A DNA stretch of 64,000 nt, taken from Candidatus Fermentibacterota bacterium. GTDB lineage: Bacteria; Fermentibacterota; Fermentibacteria; Fermentibacterales; JCC-6. Below, piece after piece: positions 1 through 10,450 of this stretch. A program made the position numbers and the translations under genes. The number at the start of each line of letters is the position of its first letter. Position 1 is the first letter of the stretch. The notes below the pieces were generated by a model, which saw only the letters and a list, made by a program, of their open reading frames with translations, was not told where the DNA came from and did not search any database. The DNA is taken from assembly GCA_963845085.1 (NCBI GenBank), contig CAWJQI010000001.1:32001-96000 (forward strand). Reading direction: 5' to 3'.

Positions 1-2370
1 ATGCCCTGCCCAGAAAAGAAGCCGAGCGAACGGCAGTCCCAGACCTCTTTGCCGACTTCAACGGCCTGCCCGAGGAGTTCGACCAGAGGGTCGACTTCTA
101 CCAGCACGATGCACCACTGGTCCAACCGGATGATCCTGGGCGACTCCCTGCTGGTGATGACCAGCCTGGCCGAGAAGGGGGCTGAAGGGCAAGGTCCAGA
201 TGCATCTACATCGACCCGCCCTACGGCATCAAGTTCGGCTCCAACTGGCAGGTCAGCACCCGAAAGCGGGACGTGAAGGACGGCAAGGCCGAGGATGCCA
301 CCCGCCAGCCCGAGCAGGTGAGGGCTTTCCGGGACACCTGGAAGCTGGGCATTCACTCCTACCTGGCATATCTGCGGGACAGGCTGGTGGTGGCCAGAGA
401 ACTTCTGACTGAGACAGGGAGCATCTTTGTGCAGATCGGGGATGAGAACGTCATCTTGTCAGGATGCTTGATGGATGAGGTGTTTGGTAGTGAAAATTTT
501 ATTGCTGACATTATTTTCAGGAAAAAGAAGTATGCCGCTTGGCGCTCAGTTGCTCGAGACAATGCACGATCAGCTTCTTTGGTATGCGAAGGATGCTAAG
601 CACTTAAAGTTTCGACACTTTTCATGAGGAGAGTGACGTTCTCGAGTATCATCACATGGACCTTATGCATTCTACCCTGATGGACGAACAGAGAAGATCA
701 TGCTCGAAGATTTCAACAGCCCTGATCATCCGAAGCTGGAACTCGTTATTATCGTTTATTCACTTTGATAGCACCTTCATACTCGGATAAACACTACCTA
801 TCCATTTGAAGTTATGGAGAAGGTGTACGCTCCTCCAGTAAGGGACTTGGAAGATTGATTGATAAGGCAAGAACGCTCTATCCTGGCCGAATTGGACGCT
901 TCAGGAAGAGGGACAATCACTCAGTTATCGGCTTTCTTACGATGATTTCCCTGTAACAAATCGGACAAGTCTGGACTGATACACCCACATCTTCATCAGA
1001 AGATCTATGTCGTTCAAACTAACGAAAAAGGTAGTCGAACGCTGCCTCCTCATGACCACCGATCCCGGTGATCTCGTCCTTGATCCCACCTGTGGAGTGG
1101 TACCACCGCCTATGTCGCTGAGCAGTGGGGCCGTCGCTGGATAACCTGCGACACCAGCCGTGTCGCCCTCGCACTTGCCCGCACCCGTCTGATGGCAGGA
1201 AGGTATCCCTACTACCTTCTGGCCGATTCACTTGAAGGGCTACGGAAAGAAGCAGACCTGGCGAATACTATCCCGGCCCCCATCATCACAGAGGGAGACA
1301 TTCGAAAGGGCTTTGTCTATAAGCGTGTCCCGCACGTCACTCTCAAGAGCATTGCCAATAACCCTGAGATAAAAGAGGGTATGACCAGGGAAGAGATCGA
1401 TGCAGCCATTGCCCGACATGCGGACACTGAAACCCTCTACGACCAACCCTATGAGGACAAAAAGGTGGTCCGTGTCACGGGACCTTTCACTGTAGAAAGC
1501 CTCTCCCCTCATCGAGTTCTCTCTGTTGCGGACGATGATATGGACGGGTTGGTTTCGGAGGGCGAAGAGAAGTACCAGGTGGACTTCACTTCTATGATTC
1601 TCGAAAACCTTCGGAAGGCTGGAGTCCAGAACACGAAGATTCAGGAACGTCTGCGGTTCGATACCCTGAACCCCTATCCAGGAACGTGGCTTCAAGGAAC
1701 AGGTGAATACACTGATTCGGAAGGGAACCACAAGAGGGTAGCCATCTCAATCGGCCCCGAACATGGCACGGTAGGACCAAAACAGGTCAATGAAGCCGCA
1801 AAGGAAGCGGTACAGGGGATTGGTTATGACCTCCTCCTTGTTTGTGGCTTCGCCTTCGACCCTCATGTTGCAGAAGAGGTGAAGCGATACGGCAAGCTTA
1901 CGGTCCTTCCGGTCCGGATGAACCCCGACCTTGCCATGGGAGACGAACTTCTGAAGAAGACCGGAGCCGGCAACCTCTTCATGGTGTTCGGGGAGTTGTC
2001 ATTGGACATCAGGCACGTGCCCGACCGGAAGGTGATTGTTGAGATCAAGGCCCTGGATGTCTACGACCCAACGACCGGCCAGATCCGGTCATCTTCAACG
2101 GACGACATCGCCTGTTGGTTCCTGGACACAAACTACAACGGGGAAAGCTTCTTCGTTCGTCATGCCTATTTCACAGGGGCAGATGAACCCTATAAAAAGC
2201 TGCAAAGGGCCTTGAAGGCGGACATTGACGAGGGTGCTTGGTCCAGCCTCTACAGCACGATCAGTCGTCCCTTCGATCCTCCCGAGACCGGCAAGATCGC
2301 TCTGAAAGTGATTAATCACTATGGCGATGAAGTTCTTGAGGTGTTTTCAGTTTCTGATGTCGAGAGCTAA
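1..2370 (+). CDS. Adenine-specific DNA methyltransferase, type III R-M Mod-like (5' partial, several frameshifts)
   Basis: Stitched frames give NRMILGDSL...[15 protein letters not shown] (DPPY at ~212-225), [11 protein letters not shown], and [24 protein letters not shown] (SAM motif at ~1070-1140); the 392 aa ORF 1192-2370 ends in [11 protein letters not shown]. Confidence 0.88.
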
Positions 2371-3157
2371 GCAGGATACTCTTTTGACGCTGTTCTTTGA
2401 TAAGCTTAAAGAAGACAGGGGTTGGTACTTCGTTGAGTATTCTCCTCCAACGCCCAAAGGTCTGCTAGCAAACATTGTTCTCGTTGTCTATGACAAGAAC
2501 CATAGCGATGCTGAGGAAATTGCGAGAGGCATTGAAGCTGAGGCTGTAACATGGGTTTCAAGATACGATGTACCTGTGTTTGCTTCCGCCTGTGACTCAG
2601 CAGAACAAAGTATAGACCTAACAAGCGTGCGAGATAAAAACGCTTTAGTCGCTTTCAGAGACACTGAATCTGGTGAAATCAGGGTGTTCTGGGAGTTGAT
2701 CCCAAACGAGCGTATTCCAAACAAGTCGCTTAACCCTGAGTACTTGCTACATGTCTATAAAGATGTTCATTACAGGACAAAAGAAGATATTAATATGGAT
2801 ATGGCCAAAACTCGGAGAAGGAATAGTCATGCAATTTCGCTGATTGTTTTCTATGCAGCGGTTATCCCTGCCATCATCGCTATTCTGGGATGGGCTAGTC
2901 CATGGGTATCACTAGCAGTCATGCTGTATTCACTATGGAAAGCCTGGTGCAAGTTCTTGAAGCTCATTGGAAAAGGAAAGATATCAGTAAAAGAGAAGGA
3001 AAAAGCCAAGAAGCAAAGTTTCATGGAGCACTGTTACTATCACTGTAGTAGAAATCCAGAGGGATTCAGAAGACTTAAACTGGAGAACTTCGAAAAGGAT
3101 GCAAGAAACAAAGTACGTGCCGAAGTTGAAGAATTGAAATCAGGAAAGAGCATCTGA
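2357..3157 (+). CDS. Hypothetical membrane protein (two hydrophobic helices near the C-terminus)
   Basis: ORF overlapping the MTase stop; hydrophobic stretch AISLIVFYAAVIPAIIAILGWASPWVSLAVMLYSLW; more AT-rich than its flanks. Confidence 0.7.
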   Translation: MSRAKQDTLLTLFFDKLKEDRGWYFVEYSPPTPKGLLANIVLVVYDKNHSDAEEIARGIEAEAVTWVSRYDVPVFASACDSAEQSIDLTSVRDKNALVAFRDTESGEIRVFWELIPNERIPNKSLNPEYLLHVYKDVHYRTKEDINMDMAKTRRRNSHAISLIVFYAAVIPAIIAILGWASPWVSLAVMLYSLWKAWCKFLKLIGKGKISVKEKEKAKKQSFMEHCYYHCSRNPEGFRRLKLENFEKDARNKVRAEVEELKSGKSI

Positions 3158-3235
3158 ATGAAGGGGGATCAAGCCTTTCTCCCCCATCATTCATCTCACC
3201 CCTATTCCCCCCGCTCGCCGTCGCCGGATTCGTGA

Positions 3236-3913
3236 TTACTCCTTATGAATACTATTCCCGAGGATGTACCGTACGGTGGAAGCGTACCACCTTCCCCCGT
3301 TCTTGGCAGGGACACCTCCCCGGTTCAGGGTATCAGCGATCTTCCTGAGGCTGACCCCCTGTTCCCGCTTCAGCCGGATCTTCCGGAGAACAAGCTGCTC
3401 GGCCTCGTCGCTGACCAGGTTGTCTCCTTGGCGGCAATATCCGTAAGGTGTGGGCGAGTAAGCCTCCAGCCTGGCCTTCTTGTGTTGAAGAACCGCTGCC
3501 GTTCTCTCCGCCACCTGGTCACGCTCGAACTCGTTAAGGACGGCCATGAGCCGGAAGACCATCTTCCCTGAAGCGCTTGTGGTATCGATCTTCTCGGAAA
3601 GGCTCACGAGGTCGGCCCCTGCTTTGTCCAGTCTCTCCGCGACCGCCAGGGTGTCCTTGGTGCTCCTCGAAAGCCTCGAAAGGGAGTAGACCACCAAGAC
3701 AGCCCTTTCCCTGCATACAGCCTCCAGAGCTTCTGTCAGGCCTTCTCGGGCCTTGAGTTTGGTGCCGGAGATGCCAGCGTCCTCAGAAACGAAGAGAAGC
3801 TTCGCTTCATTCATTCTCGCCCAACCCTCTATCTTCTCCCGCTGGGCTTGAAGGCTGATACCTTCCCTGGCCTGCTCCTCCGTGCTGACCCGAACGTACC
3901 CAACTGCTTTCAT
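3236..3913 (-). CDS. Serine recombinase (resolvase family) with short C-terminal recombinase/HTH domain
   Basis: GYVRVSTEEQ catalytic Ser motif, DAGISG, SLSRLSRS, EKIDTTSASGKMVFRLMAVLNEFER. Confidence 0.93.
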   Translation of the reverse strand: MKAVGYVRVSTEEQAREGISLQAQREKIEGWARMNEAKLLFVSEDAGISGTKLKAREGLTEALEAVCRERAVLVVYSLSRLSRSTKDTLAVAERLDKAGADLVSLSEKIDTTSASGKMVFRLMAVLNEFERDQVAERTAAVLQHKKARLEAYSPTPYGYCRQGDNLVSDEAEQLVLRKIRLKREQGVSLRKIADTLNRGGVPAKNGGRWYASTVRYILGNSIHKE

Positions 3914-4415
3914 CAGATAAGCCCCTTGGCGCGGAGGGAAGTCCAGCGGGGGGGGATCCCGGTCTTCCAGCGCTGAAGATCAGGTGATCCAGCAGTCTAA
4001 CCTCCAGGGGCTTCATCACCTCGATGAGGTGCTTGGTCAGGGCGATGTCCTGAGGGCTGGCTTCCTCCCGCCCACCCGGGTGATTATGGGCAACTATGAC
4101 GGCAGTTGCGTTGGTTTCGTGAAGAAGGAAGCTGACCAGCTCACGGGGGTAGACTGTGGCCCTGTCCACGGTTCCATTGGAGAGCAGGATCAGTCCCAGA
4201 AAGTCGTTGCAGGAGTTCAGCGCGAGAGCATAGAGGGCTTCGGTGGGCCTCTGTTCAAAGAGCCCTGCAAGGAACTCCATTGCTCTTTCCTGAGAATCGA
4301 TGGTATGGGGTGATGCTTCCAGGGTTATTCGCCGGACAGTCTTGTACGTTACTGCCTTCTCGGTAAGAATCAGCTTTCGGTTCCGTTGAAAGGCATGGAT
4401 CATCTCCGGGGTCAT
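3913..4415 (-). CDS. RadC-like JAB domain protein
   Basis: GTVDRATVYPRE...AHNHPGG...SPQDIALT...LLDHLI. The true stop is probably TGA at 3913-3915 overlapping the recombinase ATG, with an indel in the G-run at ~3950. Confidence 0.88.
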
Positions 4416-4804
4416 GGTCGACCTCCTTCTGGTCTGGATTGGAATGAAAAGGTTATGCCGGAAGCCGGCTGGATCAGTCAGAACTCAGATGGGAAGGGCG
4501 TACAAAAAGGTCCCCTCGCGGCGGGGTGTACAAAACCGAACGGTTGTGTACGTAATCAGCGCTTCATGTTGTTGTTGTACTTGTGTATATGGAGAGATGA
4601 ATGCAACTCGGCGCGGTTAGCCAGTTCTCAGGCGGGTATCGGGGTGTATACAAGGGTTCCGGGAGATGCTACCGTCCCTTTGTATAAGGGAGAGATTGAC
4701 TTAAGAGAAGCAAACAAGAACTAAATGGAGGGATTCATGCCCCTTCTCAAGATCGACGATACCAATTTCTGGCTTCACATTCGCTTGTGAACTGTGACTT
4801 GCTT

Positions 4805-7288
4805 CTAACGCAAAACAAGCAATTCCTGTGCCCGTGGGTCTCCCTGCTCTGCAGCCAGGCCGTACCACCTGGCTGCCTCCCATTTATCCTTGGAAACGCC
4901 TGTGCCGGTTTGGTAACATAAACCAAGGTTAACCTGCCCATCCGGGTTTCCCTGCTCAGCAGCCAGGCGGTACCACTTCACGGCTTCATGTTCGTCCTTG
5001 AGAACGCCAATACCGTGTCTGTAGCATTCCCCGAGATTGAACTCTGCATTAGAGTTACCTTGTTCAGCAGCCAGGCGGTACCACTTCACGGCTTCACGTT
5101 CATCCTTTGGAACGCCTGTGCCGTTTTCGTAGCATGTACCAAGAACCCATTGTCCAAATTCATATCCCTGCTCGGCAGCCAAGCGGTACCACTTCACGGC
5201 TTCACGTTCGTCCTTGGAAACGCCGGTGCCGTTTTCGTAACACGAGCCAAGGATGTATTGCCCAAACAGGCTTCCCTGCTCAGCAGCCAGGCGGTACCAC
5301 TTCACGGCTTCACGTTCATCCTGAGGAACGCTTATACCCTTTGCGTAACACCAACCAAGGTTGTGTTGCCCATCCGGGTTTCCCTGTTCAGCAGCCAGGC
5401 GGTACCACTTCACGGCTTCATGTTCGTCCTTGGTAAGGCCTGTGCCGGTTTGGTAACATAAACCAAGGTTAACCTGCCCATTTGGGTTTCCCTGCTCAGC
5501 AGCCAGGCGGTACCATTTCACGGCTTCATGTTCGTCCTTGGGAACACATATGCCGTTTTGGTAACATAAACCAAGGTTAACCTGCCCATTTGGGTTTCCC
5601 TGCTCAGCAGACAGGCGGTACCATTTCACGGCTTCACGTTCGTCCTTGGGAACGCATATGCCGTATTGGTAACAGAAACCAAGGTTGTTTTGCCCGTATG
5701 GGTTTCCCTGCTCAGCAGCCAGGCGGTACCATTTCACGGCTTCACGTTCGTCCTTGGGAACGCATATGCCGTATTGGTAACAGAAACCAAGGTTGTTTTG
5801 CCCGTATGGGTTTCCATGCTCGGCAACCAGACGGTACCACTTCGCGGCTTCATGTTCGTCCTTGGAAACGCCTGTGCCGTTTTGGTAACACGCCCCAAGG
5901 CAGATCTGCCCTGTTGGGTTTCCCTGCTCTGCAGCCAGGCGGAACCACTTCACGGCTTCACGTTCGTCATTGGAAACGCCTGTGCCATTTTTGTAACACC
6001 AACCAAGACTGAACTGCCCGTCCGGATTTCCCTGCTCAGCAGCCAGGCGGAACCACTTCACGGCTTCCTCTTCATTCTTGTCCCTGTGAATACTGTGCAG
6101 CAAGAATGATCCAAAAAGCCACTGTGCGACTGCGTATCCCACCTTAGCTGCCCTTTCACACTCGGCAACCATATAAGGAGATATCTTCTTCTTGTCTAAC
6201 TCAGTACTTTGACCTATGCACTTCTCGAACTCCGCAGCGATCTCATCAATCCGTTTCTTATCGATGCTTCGGGATTCCTCCGGGGTTGCGAAGAGCTGTG
6301 CGGTTAATCCCATGCAGGCAAGCAGTTCAACTGCAAGATCTCGAAGAGGAATGGCAACGGTCGTATCGATGCCGTCTTCTTTCACAAATGTCATGAGGGT
6401 TTCCTTATGAGCTTCCTTGGGTGATATACTCAGCCTTTTCGCCAGCACTTTTATGGTGCGAAGACTGTCGCTGTAGTCTTCCTCAATGCGTGCAAGGGAT
6501 GAGTAGAAGGGAACGGCAATCTCATCCAAAACGAACTTCGAAGGAATAAAGTTTCCCGCTTCATCCGCAGGAAGGCAAACAAGTTCCCTAAAGGATTGAA
6601 TGGAACACTTGTCAATCTCGTCGATAACTCCTTCTATGAAGTCACCGATCGTGATCATCTTTCTCGCATCTAGTCCCACTTCCCGAACGGCTTTCTGAAG
6701 ATACTTGATCTCCTGAAGATTCCAGTTACTTGCCTTGAGCTGGTAGAAGTCTTTCACCACTCTGAGGAGCCTTATGTACGGGGAGAACTTCTGATCGTAG
6801 TCGTACATCTCCAGAGTGAGGAGCCAACTGTGAATGTTGGTAGCCACCTCAAGTCTTCCCACTCGGTCCTCCAGGGCGACGAACCTCAAGTCAATACGCT
6901 CAGCGAGCTCGATGATTGCTCTGCGGGTCTCTTCTTCTTTCACGGCCAATGTCAGCAGGTTGTTTTTTACCGCGATAATGGAATGGGCCAGCATCAGATC
7001 GCGCTCCTGAAGGATGTTCAGATAGCGCCATCCAATCCTCTGCATCTCAATCAGATCGTTTTGGTTCGCACGCTCCAATGCGCTGGTCTTGCCGCTGAGT
7101 TTACTCCAGCATCTCTTGAAGAAGCCTTTGTCCTTGTACTCATCAAGCCGATCCTCGGTGCATGAGAGCAAACGCGTGGCATCCAGGGCAAGTTGCTGTG
7201 TTTCAAGCCCCTGCTGTGAGGCTCTGGCGATGAGAGGCTCAAGTTGCTGATCAATGCAGGCCAGTTCTTTGGAAGAATAGTTAAACAT
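4805..7288 (-). CDS. Protein with helical N-terminal domain and 12 C-terminal Sel1-like repeats
   Basis: 827 aa ORF with repeated EAVKWYRLAAEQGNPxGQxNLGxCYxNGxGV units. Confidence 0.92.
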   Translation of the reverse strand: MFNYSSKELACIDQQLEPLIARASQQGLETQQLALDATRLLSCTEDRLDEYKDKGFFKRCWSKLSGKTSALERANQNDLIEMQRIGWRYLNILQERDLMLAHSIIAVKNNLLTLAVKEEETRRAIIELAERIDLRFVALEDRVGRLEVATNIHSWLLTLEMYDYDQKFSPYIRLLRVVKDFYQLKASNWNLQEIKYLQKAVREVGLDARKMITIGDFIEGVIDEIDKCSIQSFRELVCLPADEAGNFIPSKFVLDEIAVPFYSSLARIEEDYSDSLRTIKVLAKRLSISPKEAHKETLMTFVKEDGIDTTVAIPLRDLAVELLACMGLTAQLFATPEESRSIDKKRIDEIAAEFEKCIGQSTELDKKKISPYMVAECERAAKVGYAVAQWLFGSFLLHSIHRDKNEEEAVKWFRLAAEQGNPDGQFSLGWCYKNGTGVSNDEREAVKWFRLAAEQGNPTGQICLGACYQNGTGVSKDEHEAAKWYRLVAEHGNPYGQNNLGFCYQYGICVPKDEREAVKWYRLAAEQGNPYGQNNLGFCYQYGICVPKDEREAVKWYRLSAEQGNPNGQVNLGLCYQNGICVPKDEHEAVKWYRLAAEQGNPNGQVNLGLCYQTGTGLTKDEHEAVKWYRLAAEQGNPDGQHNLGWCYAKGISVPQDEREAVKWYRLAAEQGSLFGQYILGSCYENGTGVSKDEREAVKWYRLAAEQGYEFGQWVLGTCYENGTGVPKDEREAVKWYRLAAEQGNSNAEFNLGECYRHGIGVLKDEHEAVKWYRLAAEQGNPDGQVNLGLCYQTGTGVSKDKWEAARWYGLAAEQGDPRAQELLVLR
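4830..6075 (-). repeat. 108-bp tandem coding repeats (Sel1 units)
   Basis: Recurrent cagccaggcggtaccacttcacggcttca at a 108-bp period; the units at ~5621 and ~5729 are near-identical. Confidence 0.9.
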
Positions 7289-7300
7289 CGTTGTAGCCTC

Positions 7301-8770
7301 TCAGATTCTTTGAATGGCTTTTTTCATGTCGTCACCGAGTTGATCGAGCACACCTATCTGCACCGCTGTCCTCTGATCCAAATCGGCGTCAACCACAAGG
7401 AAACCTACAAATACCATCTGACCATAAGCCATGGCCTCAGCACAGTCACGCATGGCGTCTCCAGCGGCGACCAGTGCCGTTGTATTGGCAATGACCTCTC
7501 TGTAGGGCTTTTCGATCCCGTTTTCAATGGCGATGGTGACAGCCAATCCAGCAACAAGCGCTCCAGCCATTCCTGCAAGAATTGGAACCAACCCAGCAGT
7601 TGCTCCAAGTGCAGTTGCAACGCTTACTCCGATCGAGGAACCGAAAACTGCTCCGCCTGTTTGAAAGATATTCTTGCCGACACGCGTCTCCATCTGTGCA
7701 GGTGTCATCTTGCCGACGGCGACCAGAACCATGCACTCGATCGCATCAATGGCACATATAGCAGCACCGCCCACGCCACCTCGGACAAGCATTCCCTTCA
7801 TGGCCTGCTGGGCCACCAACTGAGGTGCAAGTCTTGTGACTACACTTACTGCACCTGCGGCAGCCGCAGCTTTAAGTGCACTGTCAGCAGAAGCGACCGC
7901 CGTGGTTTTGATGATACCTCTTACAGCTTCCGCCCGTGTGATCTTACCTTCCTTGACAAGTTTCAGATACTGTGCCGTAGAGAGAGTTCCGGCGATTATC
8001 GCTGAGATAGCTGCGGCCCCGGCTGCGGCCATTCCCATCTGCTGCAATGTTGAACGGTCCATGTACCCGTCATGATAATCTTGCCGAACCTCTTTGCCTT
8101 CAGGGGTGTCTTTGGCAACCTCGCGAGCTTCATCAAGAGTGGTTGGACGGGATTCAATTCCATCGTGCTGAATCTTATCATTGACACGGTCTTTCACGTA
8201 TTCGGCTGCATCCGCAACATGAGGTCTTGAATCCGATTCCCTCATTTGTGTATGACCAAGCTCATCTTGAATGCTTAGCGTCCCATCCGTGGGATGTACT
8301 TGATCCTTAGGACCAACAAACACATCTACTCCATCATAACGCTGAGTACGGTCTGGACGGACCTCACGCATGGCTTTCGCCGTAGCTTCTGAAGTTCCGT
8401 AGTTTTTATGCTGGATTGTGATGACGGTTTTACCGTTTTCCACCACAATAGAGTCGGTGGAGGGATGATTTGCACCTAAGGGCCAAGCCGGGTCTCGATC
8501 TGTCAATGCTCGTGCAGTCTTGTTCTGGAGTATGGCATCCAAGTTGAATGTTTCAGTGTGTATCTCCTCGGCAACAAATCCACCTTTGATAGGAATAGTT
8601 TGATTAGTACCCGTGATTTTCTGGATGTAGTCGTTCCGAGCAGCGATTTCATCGACCATCTTCAGCATCTGATCCTGCGCGAACTTCGGCCAAGCCGCAT
8701 TGGCTGCAGCAAGATTACCCATCAACCGAGCATCGATGGAAGAGCTATCCTTTTCTTCAACTGAGTTCAC
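7301..8770 (-). CDS. Hypothetical protein with possible nuclease-like N-terminal domain and Gly/Ala-rich hydrophobic C-terminal helices
   Basis: Long ORF; GTG at 8770 follows a GGAGGT RBS; motifs GFVAEEIH..TFN.DA and D..(x)n..QHK; several Gly/Ala-rich hydrophobic segments. Confidence 0.75.
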   Translation of the reverse strand: MNSVEEKDSSSIDARLMGNLAAANAAWPKFAQDQMLKMVDEIAARNDYIQKITGTNQTIPIKGGFVAEEIHTETFNLDAILQNKTARALTDRDPAWPLGANHPSTDSIVVENGKTVITIQHKNYGTSEATAKAMREVRPDRTQRYDGVDVFVGPKDQVHPTDGTLSIQDELGHTQMRESDSRPHVADAAEYVKDRVNDKIQHDGIESRPTTLDEAREVAKDTPEGKEVRQDYHDGYMDRSTLQQMGMAAAGAAAISAIIAGTLSTAQYLKLVKEGKITRAEAVRGIIKTTAVASADSALKAAAAAGAVSVVTRLAPQLVAQQAMKGMLVRGGVGGAAICAIDAIECMVLVAVGKMTPAQMETRVGKNIFQTGGAVFGSSIGVSVATALGATAGLVPILAGMAGALVAGLAVTIAIENGIEKPYREVIANTTALVAAGDAMRDCAEAMAYGQMVFVGFLVVDADLDQRTAVQIGVLDQLGDDMKKAIQRI

Positions 8771-8817
8771 GAAACACCTCCACAAATAGAGTGTGAAAGG
8801 TAGTTTGAAGATGGGAA

Positions 8818-8845
8818 AGATTAACAGCATTCCACAGGGCGTCAA
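8818..8845 (-). promoter_or_regulatory. Sigma70-like promoter for the 8770-4805 two-gene operon
   Basis: TTGACG-N16-TAATCT on the minus strand, ~50 bp upstream of the GTG. Confidence 0.45.
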
Positions 8846-9003
8846 GCAAAAGCTACAGAGCATTCCGCAGCCGCCCTCATCCCCTACCGCCGTGCAGCAC
8901 TCTTCCTCGTGATCCTCGGGCTGAAAGTCCTCCTGGGTCAAAGCAAGTCTTGGGCAAAGGCCACCGTTTTCACAGCAGCCCCCACCCTGCCAGGATGAGA
9001 AGG

Positions 9004-9357
9004 TTAGCTCGCTTCCTTCATCTCCACCCGGATGCAGTCCACGATCTCCCCGAAAGCCTCGCAGGTCGTGGGCTTCAGGACGATCCTCTCACCCGGCCAG
9101 TTGATGGCCTTGGGCTCGTGGAGAACCTTCGCAACGGCCTTGGCGTTGGTCTTGTTCAGGATCAGCTCCTTCTCGGTCTCCCTGAACCGGAGGATGTACT
9201 TCTCGGCCTTCTGGCCCGTGGCCATCTGAACCTTGTCCCTCAGGACCTCGGAGATGGTCAGGGACACGGGCTTCCCCTCGAAGTCCGCTGCCCGCAGGTA
9301 GCGGCTGGGGAACATCAGGTCAACGTGGAACTCAGGGTTGTCGTTCTTCTTCGGCAT
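9004..9357 (-). CDS. Phage-type hypothetical protein (FPSRYLRAAD motif), next to the exonuclease
   Basis: MPKKND...FPSRYLRAADFEGK...LILNKTNA...WPGERIVL...DCIRV. Confidence 0.7.
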   Translation of the reverse strand: MPKKNDNPEFHVDLMFPSRYLRAADFEGKPVSLTISEVLRDKVQMATGQKAEKYILRFRETEKELILNKTNAKAVAKVLHEPKAINWPGERIVLKPTTCEAFGEIVDCIRVEMKEAS

Positions 9358-9358
9358 C

Positions 9359-10218
9359 TCATTCCTCCACACCGTCGAAATCGACGGCTTCGTTGTCTGT
9401 TACAGCCCACGCCGGGGCTGCGAGTTCTGATTCCACAGGCCCGGGTCCCGGCCATTTCCCGGAAGCGGTGCACTCCTTCACCTGCCGGAGCCAGCCGATG
9501 TACTCCTCCCGCGCCCTGTCCAGGGAGTCCTCTTCCAGCCAGTAGAGTCGGCAGGCGTGGGGAGGATCCTTCTCCACGGCGATGATGCCGCAGCGCAGGA
9601 GAACACCCTTGCCGGAGGATGACGGCGTAGGCTTCCTGGTACATGGCTGGCCTGGTGGAAGTAGCCCAGGTTCCAGGCATGGGCGGAGAAGGTTCTGGGA
9701 TCGATGGAGCTGGTGGTCTTCAGATCAAGGATGGCTCCCTCTACTGAGATCCAGTCCAGCCTCCCCTTGCAGGCCAGCCCCGTCGGCGGGATTGTTCCAG
9801 AACAGGCTGACCTCTGGGAAGCCCTTCTCGAGCAGGGCGGCCACTTCGGGGGTTCCCCTGACGGAGTTCCTTATGGCCAGGGCGGTGTTGTACTCGGACT
9901 CCCTCAGGATGGAGCGCCCCTGCATCGTTGCCTCGTCTGCAAACTGCTGATAAGCGTTGCCCCTGCGGTCTCCCGGCCATAGGGCGTAAGTCGAGCTGGA
10001 ACCTCTCGGGCTCGAAGACTGCAGTGTGGGTCGCCCTTCCCAGAAGCATGGCCGGTGTCTCCGCCGGAGGGTGTCTGAAGGGCGTACTGGTAATGAAGCG
10101 GGCTCTTCGCCATGTGCTTCAGCGTGGAGAAGTTGATCCCCACGGCAGCGGCGTAGTCGGCGAACCGCATCTGCAGCCCGGGCCGCTTCGTTTTTGGGAC
10201 GAGTGTTCTGGTTGCCAC
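9359..10218 (-). CDS. RecE/exonuclease VIII-like PD-(D/E)XK nuclease (DUF3799-like), frameshifted
   Basis: Fragments INFSTLKHMAKSPLHY, AMLLGRATHTAVFEPERF, EVSLFW, LDLKTT and VEKDPPHAC across several frames. Confidence 0.82.
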
Positions 10219-10231
10219 GGCAACCTCCGTT

Positions 10232-10450
10232 CTATTCTGTGTCGGCGCCCAGCTCTTCCGCTGTGAAGGCTCCCACCTCGGGCCTCATGCCGTCCTGGAC
10301 AAGAAGCCAGAACACACCGTCGGCCCTGTGGATGACACCCTCTGCTGTGAGCCGGATGGCTTTGATCTGAACTGCTTCCCAGGAATCCAAGGGACCGCCG
10401 ATGATTTCCGGATCGACCCCTCCCCGGGCCAGGAGCAGATAGTAGTTCAT
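10232..10450 (-). CDS. Small hypothetical protein
   Basis: ORF coupled to both neighbours in the minus-strand run. Confidence 0.5.
   Translation of the reverse strand: MNYYLLLARGGVDPEIIGGPLDSWEAVQIKAIRLTAEGVIHRADGVFWLLVQDGMRPEVGAFTAEELGADTE

Noticed and set aside
4830..6075. Periodic repeat as a CRISPR array
   Set aside because: In-frame 108-bp coding repeats with no unique spacers, and no cas genes in the window.
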